Positions 26,537 through 34,724 of a stretch of 50,037 nucleotides of DNA are shown here, piece by piece. The position numbers and the translations under genes were made by a program. The DNA comes from a virus (lineage: Duplodnaviria; Caudoviricetes). The stretch's first letter is position 1. Each line of letters opens with the position of its first letter. Location of the stretch: positions 1-50,037 of the IMG/VR virus record IMGVR_UViG_3300044711_000066; one strand, 5' to 3'. The notes under the pieces were generated by a model that searched no databases, was not told the DNA's origin, and was given only the letters and a program-made list of their open reading frames with translations.

Positions 26537-28405
26537 ATGGCCACGGCTCCAAGACCGCCTGTTGAAAGGAAGTCAGGAACTCTTGATTACGAGGACCAAT
26601 ATCAGCGCCGGATGATAAATTGGCGCGATGCGGTCATTCAGCAAGGCGCTCTCGAAATGCAGGCTTACAGAGAAGCGCAGTTGATCGAACGGTACATCGC
26701 ATATTTAGATGGGCAGTATTGGGATGCCAACCGCCCGGACTACCGCTCAAAATACTTCGACAACTACGCCGCCGACATGCGCCGCGAGGCCCTGTCATCG
26801 CTCTCTGACATCCGCCCCGCGATGGACATATCGAGCCAGATAGACCAGTACAAACAGCAAGCCTCGAACGCCCACAAGTGCATTAGGCACACCTGGATCA
26901 ATAACTCTCTCGACCTGGAGCTAGTGGACTGGATCGATCATGCTCTGTTCGGAACCGGGTTCTGGAAGATCGTCTGCTACGAGCCGGGGAACTTTGAGAT
27001 CAGCGCTCACGGCCTCGATCAGGTAATCCCGGTCATGATGACAGGACGCAACATTCAGACGGCCGCCGCTGTCGTCCATCAGACTTACCAGAACCTCACC
27101 TACTTTCTCGGTAAGTACGGACGCGACAAGACGCGCGGGCTGGAGCGGTATGCGGTTTCTCTCAGCTCATCGAACCGTCCCGAGAAGTACAACCGGCCGA
27201 GCGACATTCCCGAGTACACCTGGAACGTCATGTCTCCGGGCATGAAGCGCCAGAAGAGCATGCGCGGCGGGCCGTCGCGGGAAGCCGGTATGGCCGGGTC
27301 TCCGTTCCACACGATCGAGAACACCGAGATCTATACGGACGACTGGCACTTCAACGAGACCGGGCACGATGTCCTGGTCAAGCATCCGGACCTGGACATC
27401 GACGAGCACAACTACCACTACATCGTCCCCAACAATTGCCGCCTGTTCCCGAGGAAGAGGCTGGTGAATTTTGGCGGGGACCGGGTTATGTACGACGGGC
27501 CGTCAATGTTCTGGCACGGCCGCTACCCGTTCTCCATGCTGCAATTGAATCCGTGCGTGTGGAGTCCGGGAGGTATCTCGAAGTATCGCGACTTGATCCC
27601 GCTCATCCAGTCCGTTAACCGAATCGGAGCCGGCGTCAATGAGGCCATCGTCCAGGCAATCAATGCAACGATTGTCGGCCGCCGCGGCGCGGTCGATCCG
27701 GTTAGTTGGGAACGGTTCGTTCCCGGCAAGCCGGCGCAGAAGCTCCTACTGAACCCCAACGGGGATCCGGCGCGCGATATTAAGCGCATGGACCCTCCGG
27801 TCCTGCCCGGCTACGTGGCGGAGTTCCTTCGCTACTGCGTGGACACGATCAAGAAGCGCTCCGGATCGCTCGATATTAGCGGGCTGGCCAAGAAAAAGCA
27901 GGTTCCCGGAGGAGACACGATCGCCAACATGACGGACGCGATGAGCGCGCCGTTCCGGCTGGAAGGCCGGTACACCGAAGAGGCCATCCGACAGGCCGCG
28001 ATCCAAGCAGTCAGCGATGTATTCCAGTTCTGGACGCTTGACCGTAGGCTCAAGGTCCTCGGCCCGGACGGGGAAACCTACGAAGACTTCCAGTACATGC
28101 GGAAAAACATGGTTCCCATGTCCAGTCCGAAGGAAGACCACTGGCGCCAGTTCGCGGTCGATTTCAAGCCGGGTTCTATGCACGGAAATACGCTCGCCCA
28201 GAAGAAGAACGAAGCCGTTGTCCTCCGCCGGCAGGGAGATCTCAGCCGTCGCGGTCTCTATCGGCAAGCTCAGATTGCAGAAAATGTGGATCAGGTCGAG
28301 GCTGAGCTGAAGCAGGAGGCTCAGGCCGGGATACCGATGGCCGGCAAGCAGGCCAAGGGGTCACCGCGCACCACACGCGGACAGCGGCAAGGCTCGCCGC
28401 TTTAG
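26537..28405 (+). CDS. portal protein (P22-like)
   Basis: 622 aa after TerL; HALFGTGFWK, HGRYPFS, DLIPLIQSVNR. Confidence 0.85.
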   Translation: MATAPRPPVERKSGTLDYEDQYQRRMINWRDAVIQQGALEMQAYREAQLIERYIAYLDGQYWDANRPDYRSKYFDNYAADMRREALSSLSDIRPAMDISSQIDQYKQQASNAHKCIRHTWINNSLDLELVDWIDHALFGTGFWKIVCYEPGNFEISAHGLDQVIPVMMTGRNIQTAAAVVHQTYQNLTYFLGKYGRDKTRGLERYAVSLSSSNRPEKYNRPSDIPEYTWNVMSPGMKRQKSMRGGPSREAGMAGSPFHTIENTEIYTDDWHFNETGHDVLVKHPDLDIDEHNYHYIVPNNCRLFPRKRLVNFGGDRVMYDGPSMFWHGRYPFSMLQLNPCVWSPGGISKYRDLIPLIQSVNRIGAGVNEAIVQAINATIVGRRGAVDPVSWERFVPGKPAQKLLLNPNGDPARDIKRMDPPVLPGYVAEFLRYCVDTIKKRSGSLDISGLAKKKQVPGGDTIANMTDAMSAPFRLEGRYTEEAIRQAAIQAVSDVFQFWTLDRRLKVLGPDGETYEDFQYMRKNMVPMSSPKEDHWRQFAVDFKPGSMHGNTLAQKKNEAVVLRRQGDLSRRGLYRQAQIAENVDQVEAELKQEAQAGIPMAGKQAKGSPRTTRGQRQGSPL

Positions 28406-28409
28406 CCTT

Positions 28410-29243
28410 ATGCCCGCCGAGCAGGAAGCCGAGCGAGTCAACATCGATCTCGACGGTACTCTATCGGTATCCGGAGGCACAGGTCCGAACGTCATAGCTC
28501 CCATGCGCCCCGGCGCGCGGTTCTTCCTGGAAAAGCTTCACGGCCTGGGGTACGAGGTAGTTATCTTCACGGCCAGAGACGTTATCCCGGCCAAGGCATG
28601 GCTTCGCCAGAACGGGCTCATGCGGTTCGTCAACGATGTGACCAACACCAAGCTCCCGAGCAAGGTGATCGTGGACGATAGGGCGATCCGGTTCGACGGA
28701 GATTTTACTAAATCCCTGAAAGAGATCGAGGACTTCAAGGCCCACTGGGAGACGGAACGGAAATTCTCCACCACGCAGGTTAATCTGCCAGCCGAAGTGG
28801 CCGAGAAGGTGAAGGCGCTCGGTCTGAAGATACCGGACGAAGAGTTGGCCGAGGACGGGCGAGAACAGGTTGCCCACATCACGCTCAAGTACGGGTTCCA
28901 CGACGACAAGCCATCAGACCAACTCCGGGATGCGGTGAAGAAGGCCGGCCCCATCAAGGCAAGATTTAGCCGTCTGGGTAAATTTAGTGCTCCCGAGCAT
29001 GAAGTGTTGATTCTGGAAGTGGATTCTACGGATCTCCACCGGCTAAATAAAGCGGTCTCCGCCGCCATGGAACATACCGACACCCACCCGCAATACAAAC
29101 CGCACTGCACGGTCGCTTACGTAAAACCCGGAACAGCTTCTAAGTATCTATCGAACCGAGAGTTAGATGGAACAGAAATGATCTTCACTTCAGTCCTCTG
29201 GTCCGGAAAAGATCACTCCACCGAAGAGCTTCCTACCACCTGA
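28410..29243 (+). CDS. HAD phosphatase fused to 2H phosphoesterase (Acb1/T4 57B-like)
   Basis: DLDGTL, IFTAR, VDDRA; HITLKYG and PHCTVAY HxT motifs. Confidence 0.8.
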   Translation: MPAEQEAERVNIDLDGTLSVSGGTGPNVIAPMRPGARFFLEKLHGLGYEVVIFTARDVIPAKAWLRQNGLMRFVNDVTNTKLPSKVIVDDRAIRFDGDFTKSLKEIEDFKAHWETERKFSTTQVNLPAEVAEKVKALGLKIPDEELAEDGREQVAHITLKYGFHDDKPSDQLRDAVKKAGPIKARFSRLGKFSAPEHEVLILEVDSTDLHRLNKAVSAAMEHTDTHPQYKPHCTVAYVKPGTASKYLSNRELDGTEMIFTSVLWSGKDHSTEELPTT

Positions 29244-29292
29244 ATTTTGTTCAACATTGTACATTCCCCGTAAAATAATCAAAGTAAAGACG

Positions 29293-29322
29293 TTGACAAG
29301 CATTCCCCAAAAGTTGTACTTT
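29293..29322 (+). promoter_or_regulatory. sigma70-like promoter
   Basis: TTGACA-N18-TACTTT. Confidence 0.55.
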
Positions 29323-29372
29323 CTTTCGACTCGCATGAAAACATGCGTACTCTCAGGAAGGGGGTAGAAATC

Positions 29373-29435
29373 ATGAACAGCTTTGGACCGATCGCTGAGC
29401 GGCGTAAGAAAGGCCGTGGACGGCACCGCAAGTAG
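29373..29435 (+). CDS. 20-aa basic peptide
   Basis: MNSFGPIAERRKKGRGRHRK; AAGGGGGT RBS. Confidence 0.55.
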   Translation: MNSFGPIAERRKKGRGRHRK

Positions 29436-29518
29436 CCCAACGGCGAGGCCGAATAGGGGCTGGCGGCATCGCTGCCAATTGAAAAAGTTTCCAGCCCCAA
29501 AAACTCAGGAGAATCAAT

Positions 29519-29599
29519 ATGGCAGGCAGAAAGGGCCGCAAGAAGGGCAAGAGTAAGATGAGCCGGATGTACGGTCGCGGCAAGGTGAGGACCCGGTAA
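29519..29599 (+). CDS. 26-aa basic peptide
   Basis: MAGRKGRKKGKSKMSRMYGRGKVRTR; AGGAG RBS; TAATG overlap. Confidence 0.7.
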   Translation: MAGRKGRKKGKSKMSRMYGRGKVRTR

Positions 29600-29886
29600 T
29601 GGCAAAGATTCCCGATGATATTGGTCCGGCAGAGCGTCAGTCTCTGAAGGCTGGCCCTCGCAACATGCCGAACCAGCCGTCCAGCCCTCCGAACGCGCAG
29701 ATCAATTCCGAGCGGGTGACTTTGAGCCGCACGGAACACCGCGTAGCCCAAGCCGGGATCAAAGCCGGGATGGGACAGATTCAATGCACGAGTGAAAAAG
29801 TAGCGCTATCTCGAACGGAGAACGATCCTTACGATCAGTTCAATGCCACGATGCCGCGCAGTCCGATCGGCAAGGGAAAACGATAA
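29599..29886 (+). CDS. hypothetical head-region protein with internal repeat
   Basis: SERVTLSRTE / SEKVALSRTE. Confidence 0.7.
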   Translation: MAKIPDDIGPAERQSLKAGPRNMPNQPSSPPNAQINSERVTLSRTEHRVAQAGIKAGMGQIQCTSEKVALSRTENDPYDQFNATMPRSPIGKGKR

Positions 29887-29898
29887 GGATCATGATTC

Positions 29899-30264
29899 GT
29901 GGCAACCGGCCAAGTAGCTCCACTCCCACCCGAAGTAGCGGCGCAAGCGTCACCCGAAGTAGCGCAGTCCGTATTCGCGCAGCAGGGGGTAGACAAGCCG
30001 CAGCCGGGGATGCAGTTGGTGCAGCAGGTCGGCGAGCAATTGAAAAAGCTCGAAGCGTGGATCAACGAGACCAAAGATCTCGTCAAGCAGTTAAACCCCA
30101 ACTTCCAGGCGTACTTGGCCCCGATGGCGGACGCCGCCATCCAGCTCGGCCAGGCCGTCGCCAAGGAAGCGCAGCAATCCGGAATGCAGAGAGGCTCGCC
30201 GGTAACACAACCGCAGCCGACACCAAACCCTGCCGCCGGACCGCCAAATCCAAATGTCGTGTAA
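29899..30264 (+). CDS. Pro/Gln-rich head-region protein
   Basis: TAAGGA RBS, GTG start. Confidence 0.7.
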   Translation: MATGQVAPLPPEVAAQASPEVAQSVFAQQGVDKPQPGMQLVQQVGEQLKKLEAWINETKDLVKQLNPNFQAYLAPMADAAIQLGQAVAKEAQQSGMQRGSPVTQPQPTPNPAAGPPNPNVV

Positions 30265-30276
30265 GGAGAAACAGTA

Positions 30277-31260
30277 ATGGCCTTTGAAGATATTCTTCGA
30301 TCCATTGCGGAAGAGACTGACAGAGCTGCGTTTTTCGCCGTAGCGGAAAAACATCCCTCGCTCAAGAAATACATCGAGTTGGGAGAGCAGGCCCAGAATG
30401 CTATGCCGTTTCTGGAGCGGGCGCGCAAGGCTATAAAGAATCCCGATCTGGACATCCCCAAGGCCCTGGAAGCCGAGGCTTCTTGGGAAGAGTGGAAAGC
30501 AAGCAACTGGGATGATGTCGCAAAGATGACCCATCCGCAGAAGCGCGCGGTGGACATGCTGGCGTCGGCGGAGACCGACCTGGCAGCAACTCGGGCCCGC
30601 GTAGCCGAGCTCGAAGCACGAGGAGAAACTGAGATGACCGGCGAAGAGATCGATGCGTTAGTGAACAAGCGGCTGGAAGAGCGCGGTGTCGTAACCCGAG
30701 CCGACCTGCCCAAACTGTTGCCGATGGACCGCCTGATGGACAAGGACGGCAACCCGCTCGTAGCAACCCGTGGCGATGTGAACGATTCGTTGAATCGGAT
30801 CGGCGGACGGTTCCAGGAGATTTACAAAGATCTCACCCCGCAGATGATCGAACATCACGCGACATTCGGCAAGCAGTTGGAGATGCAGAAGGTCTACGAC
30901 GTGATGGAGGCCGAGTTCAAGGCGACCGGCCGTCCAATGGAGCCTCTGGCCGCTTACAAAAAGGCGTATGCGCCCGAGTTCGCGGAGCGCGAGACTGCCA
31001 ACCGCGCCAAAGAGATCCAGGAAGCCGAGGCCCGCGGGGAACAAAAGGGCCGGCAGATGGTCACCCAGTCCCAGAATGGCCGGGGGATCCCGCTGTCAGG
31101 CGGCGGAGTATCGCAAGGCCCGCTGATGAAGCGGTACCTTTCGAAGCAGACGACCAGCGAGGCCGGAAAGCCGATCGATGCGCCGCTGGGTAAAGGTTTG
31201 ATCGCGCAGGACGCCGCAGCAAAGTTCCAACAGAAGGCCGATGGCGTTGGGGCGCTGTAG
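30277..31260 (+). CDS. putative scaffold protein
   Basis: Charged helical 327 aa just before capsid gene; TAAGGAG RBS. Confidence 0.65.
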   Translation: MAFEDILRSIAEETDRAAFFAVAEKHPSLKKYIELGEQAQNAMPFLERARKAIKNPDLDIPKALEAEASWEEWKASNWDDVAKMTHPQKRAVDMLASAETDLAATRARVAELEARGETEMTGEEIDALVNKRLEERGVVTRADLPKLLPMDRLMDKDGNPLVATRGDVNDSLNRIGGRFQEIYKDLTPQMIEHHATFGKQLEMQKVYDVMEAEFKATGRPMEPLAAYKKAYAPEFAERETANRAKEIQEAEARGEQKGRQMVTQSQNGRGIPLSGGGVSQGPLMKRYLSKQTTSEAGKPIDAPLGKGLIAQDAAAKFQQKADGVGAL

Positions 31261-31809
31261 TCATCGATGAGAGAGCAGATACATTTTCGCGGCTTCGAGC
31301 AGGCCAAGGTTCTCTCGCATGGCGCCGATCGCGGCGTTGCAGTGCGAGCAGAGCAACCCGCGAACCGCTCCGGTTCGGTGGCAATGGTCAACGTGGAGCC
31401 GGGTGTTTTTGCTGGCCCCGCTTGGCGGATTCTTGCAGATCGCGCAAAGGCCGTTTTGCCTGGCCATCAGGGCATCGTAGCCAGCGCGGTCCAGGCCGTA
31501 CAGTCTCTTGTTGATGGTGTGCGGTCGGTTCTTTCGGTTGTCCGGGTCGGCGTACCAGTCGCTCGCCTTCTTTCGAATGCAAGGCTTGCAGGTGTTACTC
31601 CACGAGTGACCTTTGTAAAAGTTACTCTCTGGATGAACAAGCTGGCAGTTGCTGCACATTCTTTCCCCGGCCTTAAGGACGGGACATTTCTTACACGTAA
31701 GGGAGTGGCGGTGGAACGCCTGCCTGGACATTTCTTCTCCGCAGTAGCGGCAGGAAATCTTCTTCCAACTCCAATTTTTTCTGGCTTCATTCTTTGGTTG
31801 CGTAAGCAT
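31261..31809 (-). CDS. Endonuclease VII-family nuclease
   Basis: YGL...YDALMARQNGLCAIC...LHVDHCH.TG.VRGLLC..CN. Confidence 0.9.
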   Translation of the reverse strand: MLTQPKNEARKNWSWKKISCRYCGEEMSRQAFHRHSLTCKKCPVLKAGERMCSNCQLVHPESNFYKGHSWSNTCKPCIRKKASDWYADPDNRKNRPHTINKRLYGLDRAGYDALMARQNGLCAICKNPPSGASKNTRLHVDHCHRTGAVRGLLCSHCNAAIGAMRENLGLLEAAKMYLLSHR

Positions 31810-31867
31810 GTCGTAGAGTCTACTCTACTTCAAATACAAAGTAAAGACCTTTTGAGGAGGTATCACA

Positions 31868-33106
31868 GTGGCCCTTCAGCTCACAGAGCTTGACGCCTAC
31901 GTGAATGACCATATCGTTGATAAGACAACGGATTAACAACATAGTCCCCTGATCGAGTAATCGATCTTGCAAACCGCGTGAATTGCTGGAACACCTAAAG
32001 CTGGAAACAGCCAAGGCAATCAGCAGCCAAGCCGGCCACACGCCGGAAGGTTCAGAGGCCATCCCTTCGGGGAGTACGGACAAGCGTCCGGAAGCGCGCG
32101 GCAGCCTTTTATGGAGGCTGATGATATGGTCCGAGCTGCAATGGAAACTTGCAGAAGACCAGGAGTAGCGATCCTGGCCGCAACATTACTGGTGATCTTC
32201 GCTACGAGCCCGACCTTTACGCGGCTTTCGACCCAGAACGCCGAGCGTTTCAGCGGTAACACGCAGCTCCGCCGGCCGCTGATTGTTGGCGAGCTGAACG
32301 GCGATGCGATGGGACGCGGCGAGTCGATGGACATTTCCTTCGTCACGACTGACGCGGCCATCACGGCGACCATGAAGGTCTACTGGGTAGCCATCACGTT
32401 GTTCGGCTATGACGCCATGAACAACGACGGCCCCGAGGCGGTCTTCAACCAGGTCGAGATGAAGTTCCTCAACGCCTCGCTGAAGATGGCGAAGCTGCTG
32501 GCCACGAACATGTACCTCAACGGCCAGGCGGCGACGGGCCGAATCAAGCACCTCAACGGCTTTGCGGAGTGGTACGACGACGGCAACACGTTTGCCACGG
32601 TCGGCGGCCAGACGCGCTCGGACATCAACGGTATCCCCAACGGGACGCCGGGCGGACTGAACGCCTATGTAGCTACCCTGACCTCGTTCACGCTTCAGGC
32701 GCTCAACGTCGCCTACGGTAACGCGAGCTGGGGACCGGATCACCCGGACATCATCCCGGTTACCCAGAACGCCTGGAACCTGATCTGGAACGGCATCCAG
32801 CCGTCGCAGCGGTATCCGAACACCGAGAACGATCTCGGCAACGTTGGCTTCACCAACTTCAGATTCAACGCCGCCGATGTGGTCATCGATCGCTATCTGC
32901 CGACCGGAACCAGCGGTGTCATGTTCGGCATGAACACGAACTACATCGAGTGGTACTTCTCGCAGGTCCCGCTGTTCCAGTTCGGCTGGACCGGCTTCAA
33001 GGGCGCCCGCGAGTCCATCGATGTAACCGGCCAGTTCCTGGTGGGGTCGAACATCATGGTTCCCAACCCGAGGAGTGGATTCAAGCTCCTGAGCACCCTT
33101 TTCTAA
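31868..33106 (+). CDS. major capsid protein, spliced join(31868..31933,32192..33106), 326 aa
   Basis: GAGGAGG RBS; exon 1 MALQLTELDAYVNDHIVDKTTD joins in frame to VIFATSPTFTRL; LNGFAEW motif; position after scaffold. Confidence 0.88.
31934..32191 (+). mobile_element. group I intron, 258 nt, no internal homing endonuclease
   Basis: P1 GGAU|UA..UAGUCC with U-G pair; P GAAUUGCUGGAA; Q AAUCAGCAGCCAAG; R UUCAGAGGCCA; S GAUGAUAUGGUCC; terminal G at 32191. Confidence 0.92.
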
Positions 33107-33118
33107 GGAGAAAACGCC

Positions 33119-33610
33119 ATGGTAAAAGCCAGATACTCCACTCAGCTTGGCGGCGGAAACGCCCTGATTTCGTACCAGATCATCGCCGGCACGGCCGCCG
33201 CGGATCTCACCACGACCACCAGCGGTACGGCGCAGACAATCGCGCTCGACACGTATCCGCAGGGCAGCGTGATCATGTATATCCGCGTGAAGCATTCGGT
33301 CGCCTTTGCTGGCGGATCGCTCACGGCCATGAAGGTGCGCGTTGGAAAGTCCACCGGCGTAGCCACGACCAACTTCTTCGTGGCGGACTTCGATATCTTC
33401 CAGGCCGTCGCGGATGGAACCCTGGTAGAAACCTGGGCTACGTCCATGGGCCAGCTCTCGGCGCTCGCGCTGACGGCAACGTTCACTCCTACCGGAGATG
33501 CGGTGTCCGCCGCTACGGCCGGCCAGGTCGCGATCGACGTGGTGGTATTCCCGGTCACAACTCCGACGACCCCGGCGGGTCTGTATTCGCCGGCACAGAC
33601 GGTTCTCTAA
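33119..33610 (+). CDS. virion structural/decoration protein
   Basis: Beta-rich, Ala/Thr-rich, after capsid gene; TAAGGAG RBS. Confidence 0.7.
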   Translation: MVKARYSTQLGGGNALISYQIIAGTAAADLTTTTSGTAQTIALDTYPQGSVIMYIRVKHSVAFAGGSLTAMKVRVGKSTGVATTNFFVADFDIFQAVADGTLVETWATSMGQLSALALTATFTPTGDAVSAATAGQVAIDVVVFPVTTPTTPAGLYSPAQTVL

Positions 33611-33620
33611 GGAGGATTGA

Positions 33621-34133
33621 ATGCCAGCTCAGGTCCAACAGCCAGTAGTCGCATTCACTCTGCCAGGCGGTTTCAACGTGTGGGCGGGAGATGTCCTGCC
33701 CACGGCTGCAACGGACGGACTCGTCTACGACGCCGGAGATTTTTTCTGGGTCACCACTGTCGGCGCCGGCATCACCACCCTATACAAGTGCATCACGGGT
33801 AATTTGGGTGGCGGAGCTCCGGTATGGCAGGCCGCAGATGGCGGAGGCAATGCCTACAAGACCACGGCGGTCGCTTATACGGCCCTGCCCACGGATTCCT
33901 TCATCGTCCTTACGGGGAACGCGGCAATCACGCTGCCGGCCCCGTCTTCGACCAACATCGGTAAGACCTACACGGTCAAGCGCGTCGGCGCGGCCAACGG
34001 GACTGTCGTGTCCACGGTTCTTGAGGCCGGCACCACGGCAACTTTCGCCGCCGACTTGTCGGCCGTCGTCCTCAAGTCCAACGGCGCGGCGTGGTACGTT
34101 ATCAGCACTTACGGCACGGTGAACTTAAGCTAA
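33621..34133 (+). CDS. virion structural protein
   Basis: ITLPAP..GKTYTVK..SNGAAWY fibre-type domain. Confidence 0.7.
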   Translation: MPAQVQQPVVAFTLPGGFNVWAGDVLPTAATDGLVYDAGDFFWVTTVGAGITTLYKCITGNLGGGAPVWQAADGGGNAYKTTAVAYTALPTDSFIVLTGNAAITLPAPSSTNIGKTYTVKRVGAANGTVVSTVLEAGTTATFAADLSAVVLKSNGAAWYVISTYGTVNLS

Positions 34134-34142
34134 GGAGAACTC

Positions 34143-34604
34143 ATGTCGCTACAGGCACTTTTCACTTCAGGCTCCGAGACGGACTCGATCCCGGTTGCAG
34201 TAACGCTCGGCCCAAGCGGTAACCAGGCCGGCGGACTCGTCGAGCAAAATGTCCGCATCGTCATGCAGGCCAACTCCACCGTGCTGGGCAACGACGAGAT
34301 CTTTGGCCCCGTGTTCAACTCCATGCGGGTATCCGGCGTGGCGGTCGTAGGAGCCGTTACCGGCTCGACTTCGACGGCGCTCATGATCGGCAAATGCACG
34401 GGCTCTAACGTGCTCGGCTCGGCCATCCCGCTCGCGACGGCCGTTGTCGTCGTCTCTGGTTCGGACTGGCAGACCAGCTTCGCGCTCATCGCTTCTACGG
34501 CCCTGCTCGCGCTCGCTCCTGGAGATCGCCTCGCGATCATCAAGAGCGGTGTCTGGCAGCCGCCAACCCAGGTGCTGCTGCAACTCCAGCTCACCCGGCT
34601 CTAA
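34143..34604 (+). CDS. virion structural protein
   Basis: Beta-rich; LAPGDRL; TAAGGAG RBS. Confidence 0.65.
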   Translation: MSLQALFTSGSETDSIPVAVTLGPSGNQAGGLVEQNVRIVMQANSTVLGNDEIFGPVFNSMRVSGVAVVGAVTGSTSTALMIGKCTGSNVLGSAIPLATAVVVVSGSDWQTSFALIASTALLALAPGDRLAIIKSGVWQPPTQVLLQLQLTRL

Positions 34605-34622
34605 GGTTTTCTTCACGGCATA

Positions 34623-34661
34623 CCCCGGACCCACACGCTACCTTGGGTCCGGGGTCATTTT
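34623..34661 (+). terminator. terminator of capsid operon
   Basis: CCCCGGACCCA/TGGGTCCGGGG stem then TCATTTT. Confidence 0.65.
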
Positions 34662-34684
34662 GTTCAACATTGTACTTTTCCCTC

Positions 34685-34713
34685 TTTACTTTCCCCGGAC
34701 CTTTACTTACAAT
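34685..34713 (+). promoter_or_regulatory. sigma70-like promoter for glycosyltransferase genes
   Basis: TTTACT-N17-TACAAT; palindromic box ends 9 bp upstream. Confidence 0.65.
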
Positions 34714-34724
34714 GGTGGTCGCTT

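Noticed and set aside
31267-31893. Plus-strand 208-aa ORF between scaffold and capsid
   Set aside because: The opposite strand carries the recognisable Endo VII motifs
32111-32191. ORF-track start for the capsid gene
   Set aside because: Lies within intron P8-P9; true start is 31868
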